A stretch of DNA of 61,379 nucleotides, taken from Candidatus Hydrogenedentota bacterium (GTDB lineage: Bacteria > Hydrogenedentota > Hydrogenedentia > Hydrogenedentales > SLHB01). The stretch spans positions 1-61,379 of the forward strand of contig JAWXCN010000222.1 of NCBI GenBank assembly GCA_034408725.1. The letters are read 5' to 3'. Of this stretch, positions 18,216 through 28,290 are shown piece after piece. Position 1 is the stretch's first letter. Each line of letters starts with the position of its first letter. A program made the position numbers and the translations under genes. The notes under the pieces are model-generated. The model ran no database searches. It saw only the letters and a program-made list of their open reading frames with translations, and was not told the origin of the DNA.

Positions 18216-20615
18216 ATGAGCAAAATACTGGTCGTCGTGGAATCGCCGGCGAAGGCGAAGACGATCAACAAATTCCTGGGCCCGAACTACATCGTCCGGG
18301 CGAGCTATGGGCACGTCCGTGACCTGCCCAAAAGCGATCTCGGGGTAGACGTCAACAACAATTTTCAACCCAAATACGTCACCCTGAAAGACTCCGCCAA
18401 GGCGGTCAAAGCTTTGCAGGAAGCGGCAAAAACCGTCGATTCAATCCTGCTTGCCTCCGACCCGGATCGAGAGGGCGAAGCCATCGGGTGGCACGTCGCC
18501 ACCCTGCTCGAGAAGTCCAAGAAACCGGTCCAACGGATTGTCTTCAACGAAATTACGAAGCGGAGCGTCAAAGCGGCGACCAAGCACCCTCGAGAAATCG
18601 ACCTGAACCTGGTGAACGCCCAGCAGGCCCGGCGGGTATTGGACAGGCTTGTGGGCTACAAGATCAGCCCCTTCCTGCAATGGGCGGTGAAAAAGGGCTT
18701 GAGCGCGGGACGTGTGCAATCGGTTGCCGTGCGGATGGTCTGCGAGCGCGAGGACGAGATTCGCGCGTTCATCATCGAGGAATACTGGACCATTGAGGCC
18801 CTGCTCGAGACTATCCGGGGCGACGTGTTTACAGCTCGGCTCGTTCGAGTCGCGGGAGAAAAACCCCAGCTACCCAACGAGGACTCGGTAAAACAGGTCC
18901 TCGCGCGGCTCGACGGCGCGAAATACAGCATTGCGAACATCGAGACCAAAGAAGTCCGCCGCCGCCCCTATCCGCCATTCATTACGAGCTCGTTGCAACA
19001 GGAGGCTTCGCGCAAGCTCGGGTTCTCTCCGCGCAAGACCATGATCCTCGCGCAGCAGTTGTACGAAGGTATCGCGCTGGGGGCTGAGGGTACCGACGGG
19101 CTCATCACGTACATGCGAACCGACTCGACGCGCATTGCGAACGAGGCGTTGGACGAAGTGCGCGCATTCATCCGGGAGAACCATGTGCCCAAGATGCTGC
19201 CGGAGAAGCCAAATTTTTATGCGAGCAAAAAGGGCGCGCAAGACGCGCATGAAGGTATCAGGCCCACGGTGCCGGCACGCACGCCGGAGAAGGTCGGCGC
19301 ATTTCTAGACGACGACCAGCTCAAACTGTACACGCTGATCTGGCGCCGGTTCGTGGCCAGTCAGATGACCCCGGCAGTGCTCGACCAGACGATCATCGAT
19401 ATCACCGCGGCCGACTGCGCTTTTCGGGCCTCCGGTTCTGTAATGAAATTCCAGGGTTTTACGGTGCTTTACGAAGAAACCGTCGAGGACAAACAGACCA
19501 GCAAGGACACCGAAGAGGATCCGTCGGGGTTGTTGCCGCAGGTGAACGCGGGCGAAAGCGTCGCCTCGCGAGAGCTCAAACCGGAACAACATTTCACGAA
19601 ACCCCCTCCGCGTTATTCCGAAGCCAGCCTGATCCGCGCGCTGGAAGAAAATGGCATTGGCCGACCCAGTACATACGCGCCGACCATCAACACCATCACC
19701 GAGCGAGGCTACGTCGAACGGGAAAAAGGGCGGCTGAAACCAACCGAGCTCGGCGAACAGGTCAATACGCTGTTGGTCGCGAATTTTCCCGAGATTCTCG
19801 AGATAGGGTTTACCGCGCAACTGGAATCTGACCTCGATCATGTCGAAGAGGGCACGCGCGAGTGGCACGACCTCATCAAGGATTTCTACACGGAATTCGA
19901 CAAGGTCCTGACCACGGCGCAGAAAAAGATGATCACGGAACTCGTCGGAGAGGAACCGGCGTGCCCAAAATGCGGCAGCCGCATGGAGCTCCGCCACGGG
20001 TTCTACGGCATGTACCTCGCCTGCACGCAGGCGGAATGCGACGGCCGTATCAGCGTCAAGAAGAAGGCAAGCGCGGAGCCCACAGACATCGTCTGCGACC
20101 TGTGCGGCTCGCCGATGGTGTTGCGCATCGGAAGGTTTGGAAAATTCCTCGCGTGCTCGACCTATCCGGCGTGCAAAAACACCCACAAAGTGGATAAAGA
20201 GGGAAACAGGGTCGACACCGGACCGAAGGAACCACCCAAGAAGACCGATCAGAAATGCCCGACCTGCGGAGGCTTTCTACTTATTCGCAAAAGCCGGCGC
20301 GGCGAAGAGTTTTATGGTTGCGAGAAGTATCCGAAGTGCAAATTCACCAAGCCAATGGAACTTGGGATTGCTTGCCCGCAATGCAGCGTAGGCAACCTCG
20401 TCAGCAAAATGGCGCGCGGACGCCGTTTCTACGGCTGTGATCGCTACCCCGAATGCGACTACAAATTCTTCGGCCAGATCGATAAGACTGTGCCCTGCGG
20501 CAAATGTGGAAATTCATGGACGGTGATTACGAAGGGCAAGAACAAGCCGACCATGCGAACATGCCCGAAGCCGAACTGTGGGTTTGAAGAGGAATTGCCG
20601 CCCGACGAAGTCTAG
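18216..20615 (+). CDS. topA: DNA topoisomerase I with C-terminal C4 zinc ribbons
   Basis: VVVESPAKAKTI, DPDREGE, SAGRVQS, ITYMRTDS, GIGRPSTY; several C4 motifs. Confidence 0.97.
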   Translation: MSKILVVVESPAKAKTINKFLGPNYIVRASYGHVRDLPKSDLGVDVNNNFQPKYVTLKDSAKAVKALQEAAKTVDSILLASDPDREGEAIGWHVATLLEKSKKPVQRIVFNEITKRSVKAATKHPREIDLNLVNAQQARRVLDRLVGYKISPFLQWAVKKGLSAGRVQSVAVRMVCEREDEIRAFIIEEYWTIEALLETIRGDVFTARLVRVAGEKPQLPNEDSVKQVLARLDGAKYSIANIETKEVRRRPYPPFITSSLQQEASRKLGFSPRKTMILAQQLYEGIALGAEGTDGLITYMRTDSTRIANEALDEVRAFIRENHVPKMLPEKPNFYASKKGAQDAHEGIRPTVPARTPEKVGAFLDDDQLKLYTLIWRRFVASQMTPAVLDQTIIDITAADCAFRASGSVMKFQGFTVLYEETVEDKQTSKDTEEDPSGLLPQVNAGESVASRELKPEQHFTKPPPRYSEASLIRALEENGIGRPSTYAPTINTITERGYVEREKGRLKPTELGEQVNTLLVANFPEILEIGFTAQLESDLDHVEEGTREWHDLIKDFYTEFDKVLTTAQKKMITELVGEEPACPKCGSRMELRHGFYGMYLACTQAECDGRISVKKKASAEPTDIVCDLCGSPMVLRIGRFGKFLACSTYPACKNTHKVDKEGNRVDTGPKEPPKKTDQKCPTCGGFLLIRKSRRGEEFYGCEKYPKCKFTKPMELGIACPQCSVGNLVSKMARGRRFYGCDRYPECDYKFFGQIDKTVPCGKCGNSWTVITKGKNKPTMRTCPKPNCGFEEELPPDEV

Positions 20616-20642
20616 TTTTAATGGAATTACGGCAGTTCTATA

Positions 20643-20671
20643 TTGACAATTACCCCGCAAATCCCTAAACT
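20643..20671 (+). promoter_or_regulatory. sigma70 promoter
   Basis: TTGACA-17 nt-TAAACT immediately upstream of the GTG/ATG at 20678/20681. Confidence 0.6.
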
Positions 20672-20677
20672 TTCCCG

Positions 20678-21346
20678 GTGATGAGCTGGCCGTATCAACA
20701 TACTCGCTATCTCGCGCTTGCGGCTGGTTGCATTTTTCTTGTGTCGCTATTTCTGTATTCCTTCACCAATCACGCTACGCTCGAGGCAGAGGCAACCAAC
20801 AAGCCGGATGTCGCCGCCCCTGCCAAACCGGCGCCCATTCATAGTGATGGCGGCGCGGCCGTGCTCTATGCGAATGCGTATCAGGAAGGTAATTGCGACG
20901 AAATCATCCGGCTGACCGCCTGGATGTCGGACCGGTTGCGGCGGGTCGCCATCGAATCGTCCGATCCAGCCACCTTGCAGCGGGAGCGGAAAGAACTCTG
21001 CGCGAAGATATTGTGGCGTCCATACGAAGACAATGTGCTGAGAGCGGAAGGCATCGACGATCAATTCATATTTCCCGCGGGATGCACGATAGCCGTCGAG
21101 TCCAAAGACGGGGGCCGGAGCGATTTGGGAAACACTGTTCGAGAGCGCGTGTGGTTGCGCGTGACATACCCCCGGCGCGATACCGCGCCATTGGCGCAAG
21201 ACACCGGGGCCGAATTGAAGCCCGTGCGCGCGTGGACCGTGGGGGTGAATGTTGGGCGTGAGGTTGGCGTCGTATTGAAAGCGTCCGTACGTGGGAACCT
21301 TGAGATAAAAGATGCGTCCGCGTTGTTCGATTGGCCAAACCATTAA
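20678..21346 (+). CDS. Hypothetical membrane-anchored/exported protein
   Basis: N-terminal hydrophobic helix; fills the intergenic space behind a good promoter. Confidence 0.7.
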   Translation: MMSWPYQHTRYLALAAGCIFLVSLFLYSFTNHATLEAEATNKPDVAAPAKPAPIHSDGGAAVLYANAYQEGNCDEIIRLTAWMSDRLRRVAIESSDPATLQRERKELCAKILWRPYEDNVLRAEGIDDQFIFPAGCTIAVESKDGGRSDLGNTVRERVWLRVTYPRRDTAPLAQDTGAELKPVRAWTVGVNVGREVGVVLKASVRGNLEIKDASALFDWPNH

Positions 21347-21360
21347 AACGGGAGGATGAT

Positions 21361-21762
21361 ATGGGACTCGCGAGTTGCGCCCGGTGCAAGAAGCTGTTTT
21401 TGAAGGTGCGGGCGAACGTGTGTCTTGCCTGCGAGGCGGAAGACGAAGCGTTTTACGAGCGGTTGCGGCAACATATCGGGATACATCCCAATCAAACCGC
21501 GGAAGAGGTCAGCGAAGCTACGGGAATCGAGATCGAGACGGTGCTGCGCTTCATCAACGAAGGGCGCATTGAAGTGCAGGGTTCGACCAAAGTCGCATGT
21601 GGCAAGTGCGGAAAGCCGGCGATCAGCGCCGCGAAAAAGCTGTGCGCCAACTGCCTTCAGAAATTGAACACGGAACTTGCGCGGCAACAGGCGCGCATTG
21701 TCATGCTGGCCCAGAAAAAAACAGGACCCAACGAAGCATTGAACACCTATAAAGAAAGGTGA
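21361..21762 (+). CDS. YvyF-like zinc-ribbon/HTH protein
   Basis: CARCKKLF...CLAC, EEVSEATGI...RFINEGRI, CGKCG...CANC; GGAGG RBS. Confidence 0.75.
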   Translation: MGLASCARCKKLFLKVRANVCLACEAEDEAFYERLRQHIGIHPNQTAEEVSEATGIEIETVLRFINEGRIEVQGSTKVACGKCGKPAISAAKKLCANCLQKLNTELARQQARIVMLAQKKTGPNEALNTYKER

Positions 21763-21774
21763 CGCACGCGCCGT

Positions 21775-24693
21775 TCACTTCACAAATATCTGGTCATCGG
21801 TGACTTCGATAATGGCGCCAATCTTCGCGAGTCGCGCCATGTCAATCTTCGCCTTGTCCCCGACAACGGAAATCAGCTTTGGCTTTCCGGCGATCTGGGT
21901 CTTGTAAAAATCGAGCATGGTGTCAATGTTTGCGTTCAGCGCCTGTTCGTAGCGCGCGCGGCGAGGGTCAACCGGCAGGTTCAACCGTTCCCAGGTGCGC
22001 ACCGAATCGATGATGCCGCGGAAGCCGAGGCGCGTGGACGTGAAACTGTTGAGCAGGGACGCCTTTGAAATCTGGAACCGATCGTCGGACACCGGCATGT
22101 CATCGAGAATCTGCATGAACCCCTCGACTGCTTCCGGCGTCTTGTCACTCTGCGTGCCCATGCCGCCGACCATATAATTCTGATCGCCGGTGCGTGGCCC
22201 GGTGATATAGCGCGCACCCACTGAGTACGCCAGGGCGCGCGCCTCGCGCAATTCCTGAAAGACGATCCCCGCCATACCCCCCGCGAAATAATTGTTGAAC
22301 ATGATGGTGGCCGGTACGCGTTCCTCGGAATAAAGTTCTCCCGCAAAATCGATTTGTACCTGGGCCTGCGCGGTTTCCTTGTTAAAGAAATAAATCTCGG
22401 TCTGTTGGGCTTCGCGCACCCGGTCTCTTTTGTACGGAGGCGGGTCCGTCAGCGCGGCGGATACCGGATTATATTTGCGTACCAGTTCCAGGACCTTTTC
22501 GCGGGGCAGTGCGCCGACATACATAACGGCGTGCTTGTACTTCAGCAAGCCGCGGCTGAGACCATGAAGTTCTTCCACCGTCAACGAGCGCACTGCGTCG
22601 CCCGGCATCATCCGCAGGAACGACGATTCCGGCCCAAACCGGTTGTACTGGACCAGCGCGCCGGAAATCGTTGCCGGTTCCTTCTTCGCGTCTTCGCGCC
22701 GCGCGAGAATAATTTCCTTCAATTGATCGAGCGTTGCCTGGTCCGACTTTGGGTTGTTCACGATGTCCATCATCAACGCGAGAGACGCTTCGAAATTTTC
22801 GTCGAGGCCCGAAATCGAGAATCCAGATTCCGAATCGCCCACGCCAAAACTGAAGCTCGTGCCGAGCTTGTACCACTCTTTTTTCAGGTCATCCGGTGAA
22901 TGCGTCGCGGTGCCCGACTTGTCCAGGAGTTGTTGCGCTGCCTGGAGCCGGTTGTCGTGGTCGCTTCCGAAATCAACGGAATAGGTCAACGCGAACAGGT
23001 CATTGATGGGATTATGCACGTAGTAGAACCGGATGCCGTTCGGGTCCTCCGTGATCGAGAAGTCTTTTTCCGGATCCAGGAAGACTGGCTCAAGCGGGGT
23101 AACCGGTTGCGCCATGATGTTTTTCGCGAACAACGACTCCCGTTGCGGATCGATTTGCAGGTGATCGATCTGCGGCTTCTCGATCTTCGGCACGGTATGT
23201 TGCGCGTCTTTGCGGTGGCCCGCGACATAGTTTGCGCCGAAGTATTTGTTCGCGACGCGCACGACGTCTTTCTTCGTCAGTTTCGCCATGCGATCCAGTT
23301 GCGCAGTGGCGTGGCCCCAGTCTTCAAACGCGACGAAGGCTTCGCGAAGGTACGAGACGCGCGACTCATCGGATTCGTAGCCGCTTTTCCGCATCTTTTT
23401 GAAATCGGTGACAATCGCGGGGATGACCCACTCGTCGAAGTCGCCGCGCTTGATCGTTTCAAGCTGATCGAGCAGCAACTGCTCGACTTCTTCGAGCGTC
23501 TGGCCTTCGTTCGGGACGCCAAACAGGTATTGCGCGCCGTAATCATTGTTCAAAATGGGATATGAACCCGCGCCCCGAACTTTTTGCGCCTGAACCAGAC
23601 GTAAATCGATGAGGCCCGCCACGGAGTTCGACAGCGTCATGTCCAAGAGGCGAAGCGCGTCAGCGTCCCGGTGGTCCTGCGGCGTGGTCCGGAATGCGAG
23701 CAAGGCAAATTCTTCGCCCGGATAATTCGTCGTGACCCGTTCGACGCCGTTAATCGGTTTCTCGCGCCACTTTTTTTGTTTGGGTAATTTTTTTGGTTGC
23801 CATGCGGAGAAGTGCGTGTCGATCAGTTTGATCGCGGCGTCTTTTTGAATGTCGCCGGACAGGCAGATCGCCATGTTGTTCGGCACATAGTAGGTATTAA
23901 AAAAGTTTTCGATATTCACCAGCGATGGATTCTTGAGATGTTCTACCGAACCCAATGTCGTTTGTTGGCCGTAAGGATGGTTCTTATACAAGATGGCGGA
24001 CACCGCTTCGTTGATGATGCGGTCCTTGTTGTCCATGGACCGGTTTTTCTCTTCATACACGATTTCGAGTTCGGGTTGGAACAGCCGGAACACCGGATTG
24101 GTAAACCGCTCGGTTTCGACGATGGCCCATTGCTCGAGCCGGTTCGACGGCAGTTCCACTTTGTACACGGTCTCTTCATTCGACGTGTGCGCGTTCACCG
24201 CGGACGCGCCCATCGCCTTGTACAACCGGTCAAACTCATTCGGAATTGCGAACTCCGCGGCCTTCTTGGATTCCTCGTTGATCTGCGCATAGATCGCCTT
24301 ACGCTTCTCGGGGTCTGTTTCGCGGAAATGTTCTTCATAGAGCGCGGTGATACGGTCGATATGTACTTTTTCCTTCGCAAAATCGAGCGAACCCAGCTTT
24401 TGCGTCCCTTTGAAAAGCAGATGTTCAAGGTAATGCGCCAGCCCGGTCGTTTCCGCGGGATCGTGTTTGCTGCCCGCTCGCACGACGATTTCCGCGTAGA
24501 AGCGCGGTTGCTGATGGTTCTCGGTAAGGTAAACGGTCATGCCGTTTCCCAGCTCGTAAATCGTAACGGCCATTGGGTCGTTGGGGGCTGAATCGTGAAC
24601 GACCTTGTACTCCGCCCAGCCTGGGAGCGAGTTTGCCAGCAGAATTGACACAAGCATCCAAGTCCGTCGAATCCACACCGCGCCCATTGCCAT
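21775..24693 (-). CDS. Exported M16 family zinc peptidase (insulinase-like)
   Basis: TGLAHYLEHLLFKG (HxxEH), NAHTS, ELREARALAY; signal peptide; GGAGG RBS. Confidence 0.93.
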   Translation of the reverse strand: MAMGAVWIRRTWMLVSILLANSLPGWAEYKVVHDSAPNDPMAVTIYELGNGMTVYLTENHQQPRFYAEIVVRAGSKHDPAETTGLAHYLEHLLFKGTQKLGSLDFAKEKVHIDRITALYEEHFRETDPEKRKAIYAQINEESKKAAEFAIPNEFDRLYKAMGASAVNAHTSNEETVYKVELPSNRLEQWAIVETERFTNPVFRLFQPELEIVYEEKNRSMDNKDRIINEAVSAILYKNHPYGQQTTLGSVEHLKNPSLVNIENFFNTYYVPNNMAICLSGDIQKDAAIKLIDTHFSAWQPKKLPKQKKWREKPINGVERVTTNYPGEEFALLAFRTTPQDHRDADALRLLDMTLSNSVAGLIDLRLVQAQKVRGAGSYPILNNDYGAQYLFGVPNEGQTLEEVEQLLLDQLETIKRGDFDEWVIPAIVTDFKKMRKSGYESDESRVSYLREAFVAFEDWGHATAQLDRMAKLTKKDVVRVANKYFGANYVAGHRKDAQHTVPKIEKPQIDHLQIDPQRESLFAKNIMAQPVTPLEPVFLDPEKDFSITEDPNGIRFYYVHNPINDLFALTYSVDFGSDHDNRLQAAQQLLDKSGTATHSPDDLKKEWYKLGTSFSFGVGDSESGFSISGLDENFEASLALMMDIVNNPKSDQATLDQLKEIILARREDAKKEPATISGALVQYNRFGPESSFLRMMPGDAVRSLTVEELHGLSRGLLKYKHAVMYVGALPREKVLELVRKYNPVSAALTDPPPYKRDRVREAQQTEIYFFNKETAQAQVQIDFAGELYSEERVPATIMFNNYFAGGMAGIVFQELREARALAYSVGARYITGPRTGDQNYMVGGMGTQSDKTPEAVEGFMQILDDMPVSDDRFQISKASLLNSFTSTRLGFRGIIDSVRTWERLNLPVDPRRARYEQALNANIDTMLDFYKTQIAGKPKLISVVGDKAKIDMARLAKIGAIIEVTDDQIFVK

Positions 24694-24740
24694 ACCTCCA
24701 GCCGTTTTTGGGAGTAAAATGCTTCGCGGCATCGCGCGGA

Positions 24741-25433
24741 TCAATCCGTCGCGCGATCCGGATCACGTTGAAAAACGAAGAAATGCTGCGACGGAAGAAA
24801 TTCGAGGAGATCAACCAACTCGAACCCTGCCTTGTTCCATTCCACCAGGACCTGCTTTACCGACATCCTGTGTTCTTCCTTGATGTGCAGCGCGGTGTCG
24901 CCATCGAGCCGGTATTCAATGAGCGCGATTTTTCCATCTGGTTTCAAGGCTTCGCGCATGCGCGCAAGCATGGGCTGGGGCTGCTGGAACTCGTGATAGA
25001 CGTCAACCAGCAGCATCCAGTCAACGCTGGCTTTCGGAAGTTTCGGGTCCACTTCGTCGCCCAGGATGGGCACGACATTCGTGATTTTTTCGGCCGCGCA
25101 TTTTTCCTTCATCATTTCGATGAATTCAGGCTGAATCTCAACTCCGTAAACCTTGCCCTCCGGCGCCACGGCCTTCGCCATGCGCCGCACGAAGTATCCC
25201 GTTCCGCACCCGATGTCCGCCACCACGTCGCCGGGTTTCAAGCCCATCGCCTTGATGACCTCGGCGGGGCGCTCCTCTTGATCGCGTTCGGGGCGTTCGA
25301 GCCAGTCCGCGCCGTGATAACTCATGACCGGCGCGGGTACGCGCGGAGCAGGTTCATCCGCATAAGCGAGCATGGCAAGGACCGCGGCCAAGGGTACAAT
25401 GCGCCAATGGTAAGATCGAAACTTATCGGGCAT
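24741..25433 (-). CDS. Class I SAM-dependent methyltransferase with a signal peptide
   Basis: GADWLERPER, VADIGCGTGY, VDVYHEF; GAGGTG RBS. Confidence 0.88.
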   Translation of the reverse strand: MPDKFRSYHWRIVPLAAVLAMLAYADEPAPRVPAPVMSYHGADWLERPERDQEERPAEVIKAMGLKPGDVVADIGCGTGYFVRRMAKAVAPEGKVYGVEIQPEFIEMMKEKCAAEKITNVVPILGDEVDPKLPKASVDWMLLVDVYHEFQQPQPMLARMREALKPDGKIALIEYRLDGDTALHIKEEHRMSVKQVLVEWNKAGFELVDLLEFLPSQHFFVFQRDPDRATD

Positions 25434-25567
25434 GAAATCACCTCGCAGCTTGAGGATAAGACTATAGGGCAAGAACAACCGAAACGCCAGCTTTGCGGCC
25501 CTCTGCACCGGATTGATAGACTAGACGGCCCGCACCGGCGTGCGGACCCCAAACGGACGGAGCACCA

Positions 25568-26413
25568 ATGGCTAAATCAGACACAGCACTCGAGTTTCGC
25601 GGCACGGAGCGCTACTACCTCGACCCGGAGCTGGAAGCCATCGTCAACATGGCATTGGCCATGGAGAAGCCGCTGTTGCTCACCGGCGAAGCGGGCACCG
25701 GCAAGACCCAGCTTGCGATGGAGGTGGCGCGCGCGCTCAAGCTGGATTCGGAGGTATTGCGCGCGAAATCGACCATCAAAGGCGAGGAAGCCTGTTATGT
25801 GCAGGACACGGTGTTGCGCCTGAACGATGCGCGGTTTGGCAGCGGCGAAACCGGACGGGGCGTGGATAATTTCTTTGACTACGTAATCTGGGGCCCTATT
25901 GGACGGGCGTTTCGCGCGGATACCAAGGTCATGCTGCTGTTGGACGAGATCGATAAGACGGAATCCGACGTGCAGGACAACCTGCTCGATATTCTCGAAG
26001 ACTGTGAGTTCACCATTCGCGAAGTGAACAAGACGATTAAGGCATCAATTCGCCCGGCGATTTTTCTGACCTCGAATGCGAAACGCGAATTGTCCGACCC
26101 GTTCCTGCGCCGCTGTTTTTGCCATCACATCGCGTTTCCCACGCCGGAGCAGATGCAGGAGATTCTGAAACTGCATTTTCCAAGGACCAGCCCGAAACTC
26201 ATGGAAACGGCAATCGCAATTTTTTATGAATTAAGGGAGCGGGGGTTCGAGAAGCCCCCGGCAACCAGTGAGCTGATAAACTGGATCGGGGCGCTCGAAC
26301 GCAGCGGGCGGACGCCGGACGCCAAGGAACCTCCGTTGATCGGCATTTTGCTCAAGCGCGCGGGCGACATTGCCACCTACCGCGACAGCGGAAAAGGGCG
26401 GCGGTACCTGTAA
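25568..26413 (+). CDS. MoxR-family AAA+ ATPase
   Basis: Walker A GEAGTGKT, Walker B LLDEIDK, TSNAKRELSDPFLRRC. Confidence 0.92.
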   Translation: MAKSDTALEFRGTERYYLDPELEAIVNMALAMEKPLLLTGEAGTGKTQLAMEVARALKLDSEVLRAKSTIKGEEACYVQDTVLRLNDARFGSGETGRGVDNFFDYVIWGPIGRAFRADTKVMLLLDEIDKTESDVQDNLLDILEDCEFTIREVNKTIKASIRPAIFLTSNAKRELSDPFLRRCFCHHIAFPTPEQMQEILKLHFPRTSPKLMETAIAIFYELRERGFEKPPATSELINWIGALERSGRTPDAKEPPLIGILLKRAGDIATYRDSGKGRRYL

Positions 26414-26493
26414 ACGGAATTTCCCCGTCCGGCATCGTAAAGAGTACGGCGGGCCTTGCGAAATACGACAGTTGACGACAGGGAGGGTTGGAA

Positions 26494-26724
26494 ATGAGCG
26501 TTGAGACTGTCCGGCGTAAACGGAGCGTGTTCCGGTGGCCGTTTGTTTTGCTGTGGCGCGGCGTCTCGCTGATATCGAACCGGATGGGTATCATCGCGTC
26601 ACTCGCCCTAGGCGCGGCAATGATGCTGGTGGGGTTCGTCCTCACCGGGACGCTCATTGGCGCGGTTATCGGCATCCCGCTGTTTTTCCTTGGACTTGTA
26701 CTGTTTATCCGCGGCGTTATCTAA
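26494..26724 (+). CDS. Small membrane protein
   Basis: Hydrophobic helices (GTLIGAVIGIPLFFLG); GGAGG RBS. Confidence 0.7.
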   Translation: MSVETVRRKRSVFRWPFVLLWRGVSLISNRMGIIASLALGAAMMLVGFVLTGTLIGAVIGIPLFFLGLVLFIRGVI

Positions 26725-26825
26725 AGGCAGCGTGGTAAACGAACACAACCGCCGATATACCCTTACACAACTCTGCTCGACCCGCACCCAAATTCAGCGC
26801 CGACACGCGCGACATGTTCTAAGAT

Positions 26826-27053
26826 GAAGCCTATTTGGACTGCGGCGGCCCCAAAGGCGCCGCTTTGGCTGTTTATCACGGATGGTCTGCCCCTAATCAT
26901 GCACGCACGAAGTTGTCGCCCATGAACAACCAAAGCGGTGTCTACGCTACCCGCTTCGCCACCGCAGTCCAAATAATTCTCCACCCAAAACAGTCCTCCG
27001 CCCAAACGAGGAAAAGCGGCGCTGACACGCCGCACTCCAAGGCGCTTCGCGCG
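26826..27053. repeat. REP-like palindrome cluster (3 units)
   Basis: TTTGGACTGCGG...CCGCTTTGGCTGTTTAT; CCAAAGCGG...CCGCAGTCCAAATA; AAAGCGGC...CCGCACTCCAAGGC. Confidence 0.85.
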
Positions 27054-27162
27054 CTCAATAGCATGCCCGGCGCAGCTCATCAATTTGAGATTGACCTGCG
27101 CTTGACGGTTTGGCACGCTACCCTGTTCGTGGACCTTTCTCCAACCCGTCAGAGGACGCGCA

Positions 27163-28281
27163 ATGAGCAGCGATTCGTTAAAAGACATGTACCGTTCGCG
27201 GAACCAGGGAGATTTTCCCGCCACCTTTGATTTCATGGGCCGCGGGTACGTGAAAGTCGAAGACCTGCGATACGGCACAAACCCTCACCAGCCAGCCGCA
27301 TTCTACCGCCCGGCGAACTCTCCGCAATTGGTACTGGGCGCGCACAAAATTCTCAAGACCGGTAAAAGCGGATTGTCGCAAACCAACATCGAGGACATGC
27401 ACCACGCAGTGGGCATCTTGAAATACATCCAACGCCCTGCCTGCGCCGTCATGAAACACTGCAATCCATCCGGGGTCGCGATGCAGGTTGACGATATGCC
27501 GCTCGCCGGGGTGTACCAACGCGCGCGGGACGCCGATGCGCAGGCCGCGTTTGGCAGCGTCGTGGTCTTCAACCGCAAGGTAGACAAGGAGACTGCAAGC
27601 GCGATCATGCAAACCATCGTCGAAGGCGTCGCGGCACCGGGATTCGACGATGACGCGCTTGCCGTGCTCAATGATTTTGATACGTTCCGCCGGAACAAGG
27701 AAATCCGGATAATCGAGTTGCCGGAATTCGCGTCACTTCCAAAGTTTGTGGGCGACGCAACGGACGTGCTGGAAACCAAGGTATTTGACGATGGAAGCAT
27801 TGTGCTCGCCGCGCCGTATCTATCGCGCGTGCGCAACGCGGATGACCTGGTAAACGCCCATGCCGAACACAAGACCGTGGGCAAAGTTGCCGTTACGCGC
27901 GCGGCCACGCCGCGTGAGCTGGAGGATCTATTATTCGCGTGGTACGTGAATATCCACGTCCGTTCCAATGGGTGCGTCATCGCTCGCAACGGGCAGACGC
28001 TTGCCGTGGGCACGGGTGAACAGGATCGCGTCGGCGCGGTCGAACAGGCGATTGCCAAAGCCAAAGCCAAATATGCTGGAAAAGAATCGCTGGCGGGCGC
28101 GGTGCTCGCTTCCGATGGTTTTTTCCCGTTTCGCGACGCGGTGAACGCGGCGGTTGATGCGGGTATCACCGCATTTGTTCAGCCCGGCGGGAGCGTGAAC
28201 GACCACGACGTGATTGCCGCGTGCAATGAAGCGAACGTGTCGATGCTCTTCACGCTCGAACGCTGTTTCTCTCACCACTGA
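27163..28281 (+). CDS. purH: AICAR transformylase (PurH C-terminal domain only)
   Basis: LRYGTNPHQ, MKHCNPSG, AFGSVV, VRSN, GTGEQDRV, ASDGFFPFRD, QPGGS, RCFSH; no N-terminal IMP cyclohydrolase domain. Confidence 0.85.
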   Translation: MSSDSLKDMYRSRNQGDFPATFDFMGRGYVKVEDLRYGTNPHQPAAFYRPANSPQLVLGAHKILKTGKSGLSQTNIEDMHHAVGILKYIQRPACAVMKHCNPSGVAMQVDDMPLAGVYQRARDADAQAAFGSVVVFNRKVDKETASAIMQTIVEGVAAPGFDDDALAVLNDFDTFRRNKEIRIIELPEFASLPKFVGDATDVLETKVFDDGSIVLAAPYLSRVRNADDLVNAHAEHKTVGKVAVTRAATPRELEDLLFAWYVNIHVRSNGCVIARNGQTLAVGTGEQDRVGAVEQAIAKAKAKYAGKESLAGAVLASDGFFPFRDAVNAAVDAGITAFVQPGGSVNDHDVIAACNEANVSMLFTLERCFSHH

Positions 28282-28290
28282 TTCGAGACA

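Noticed and set aside
24573-25823. Long antisense ORFs (for example 416 aa here, 55054-56247, 36087-37067, 20-985)
   Set aside because: Shadow frames of well-supported genes in high-GC DNA, with no recognisable motifs
27110-27126. TGGCACG as a sigma-54 promoter upstream of purH
   Set aside because: The -12 TTGC element is absent at the required spacing
26763-27278. Track ORFs across REP clusters (also 11597-12397, 40062-40398, 48721-48930)
   Set aside because: They translate palindromic repeats (recurring LDCGG/TAVQ strings), lack an RBS and overlap real genes
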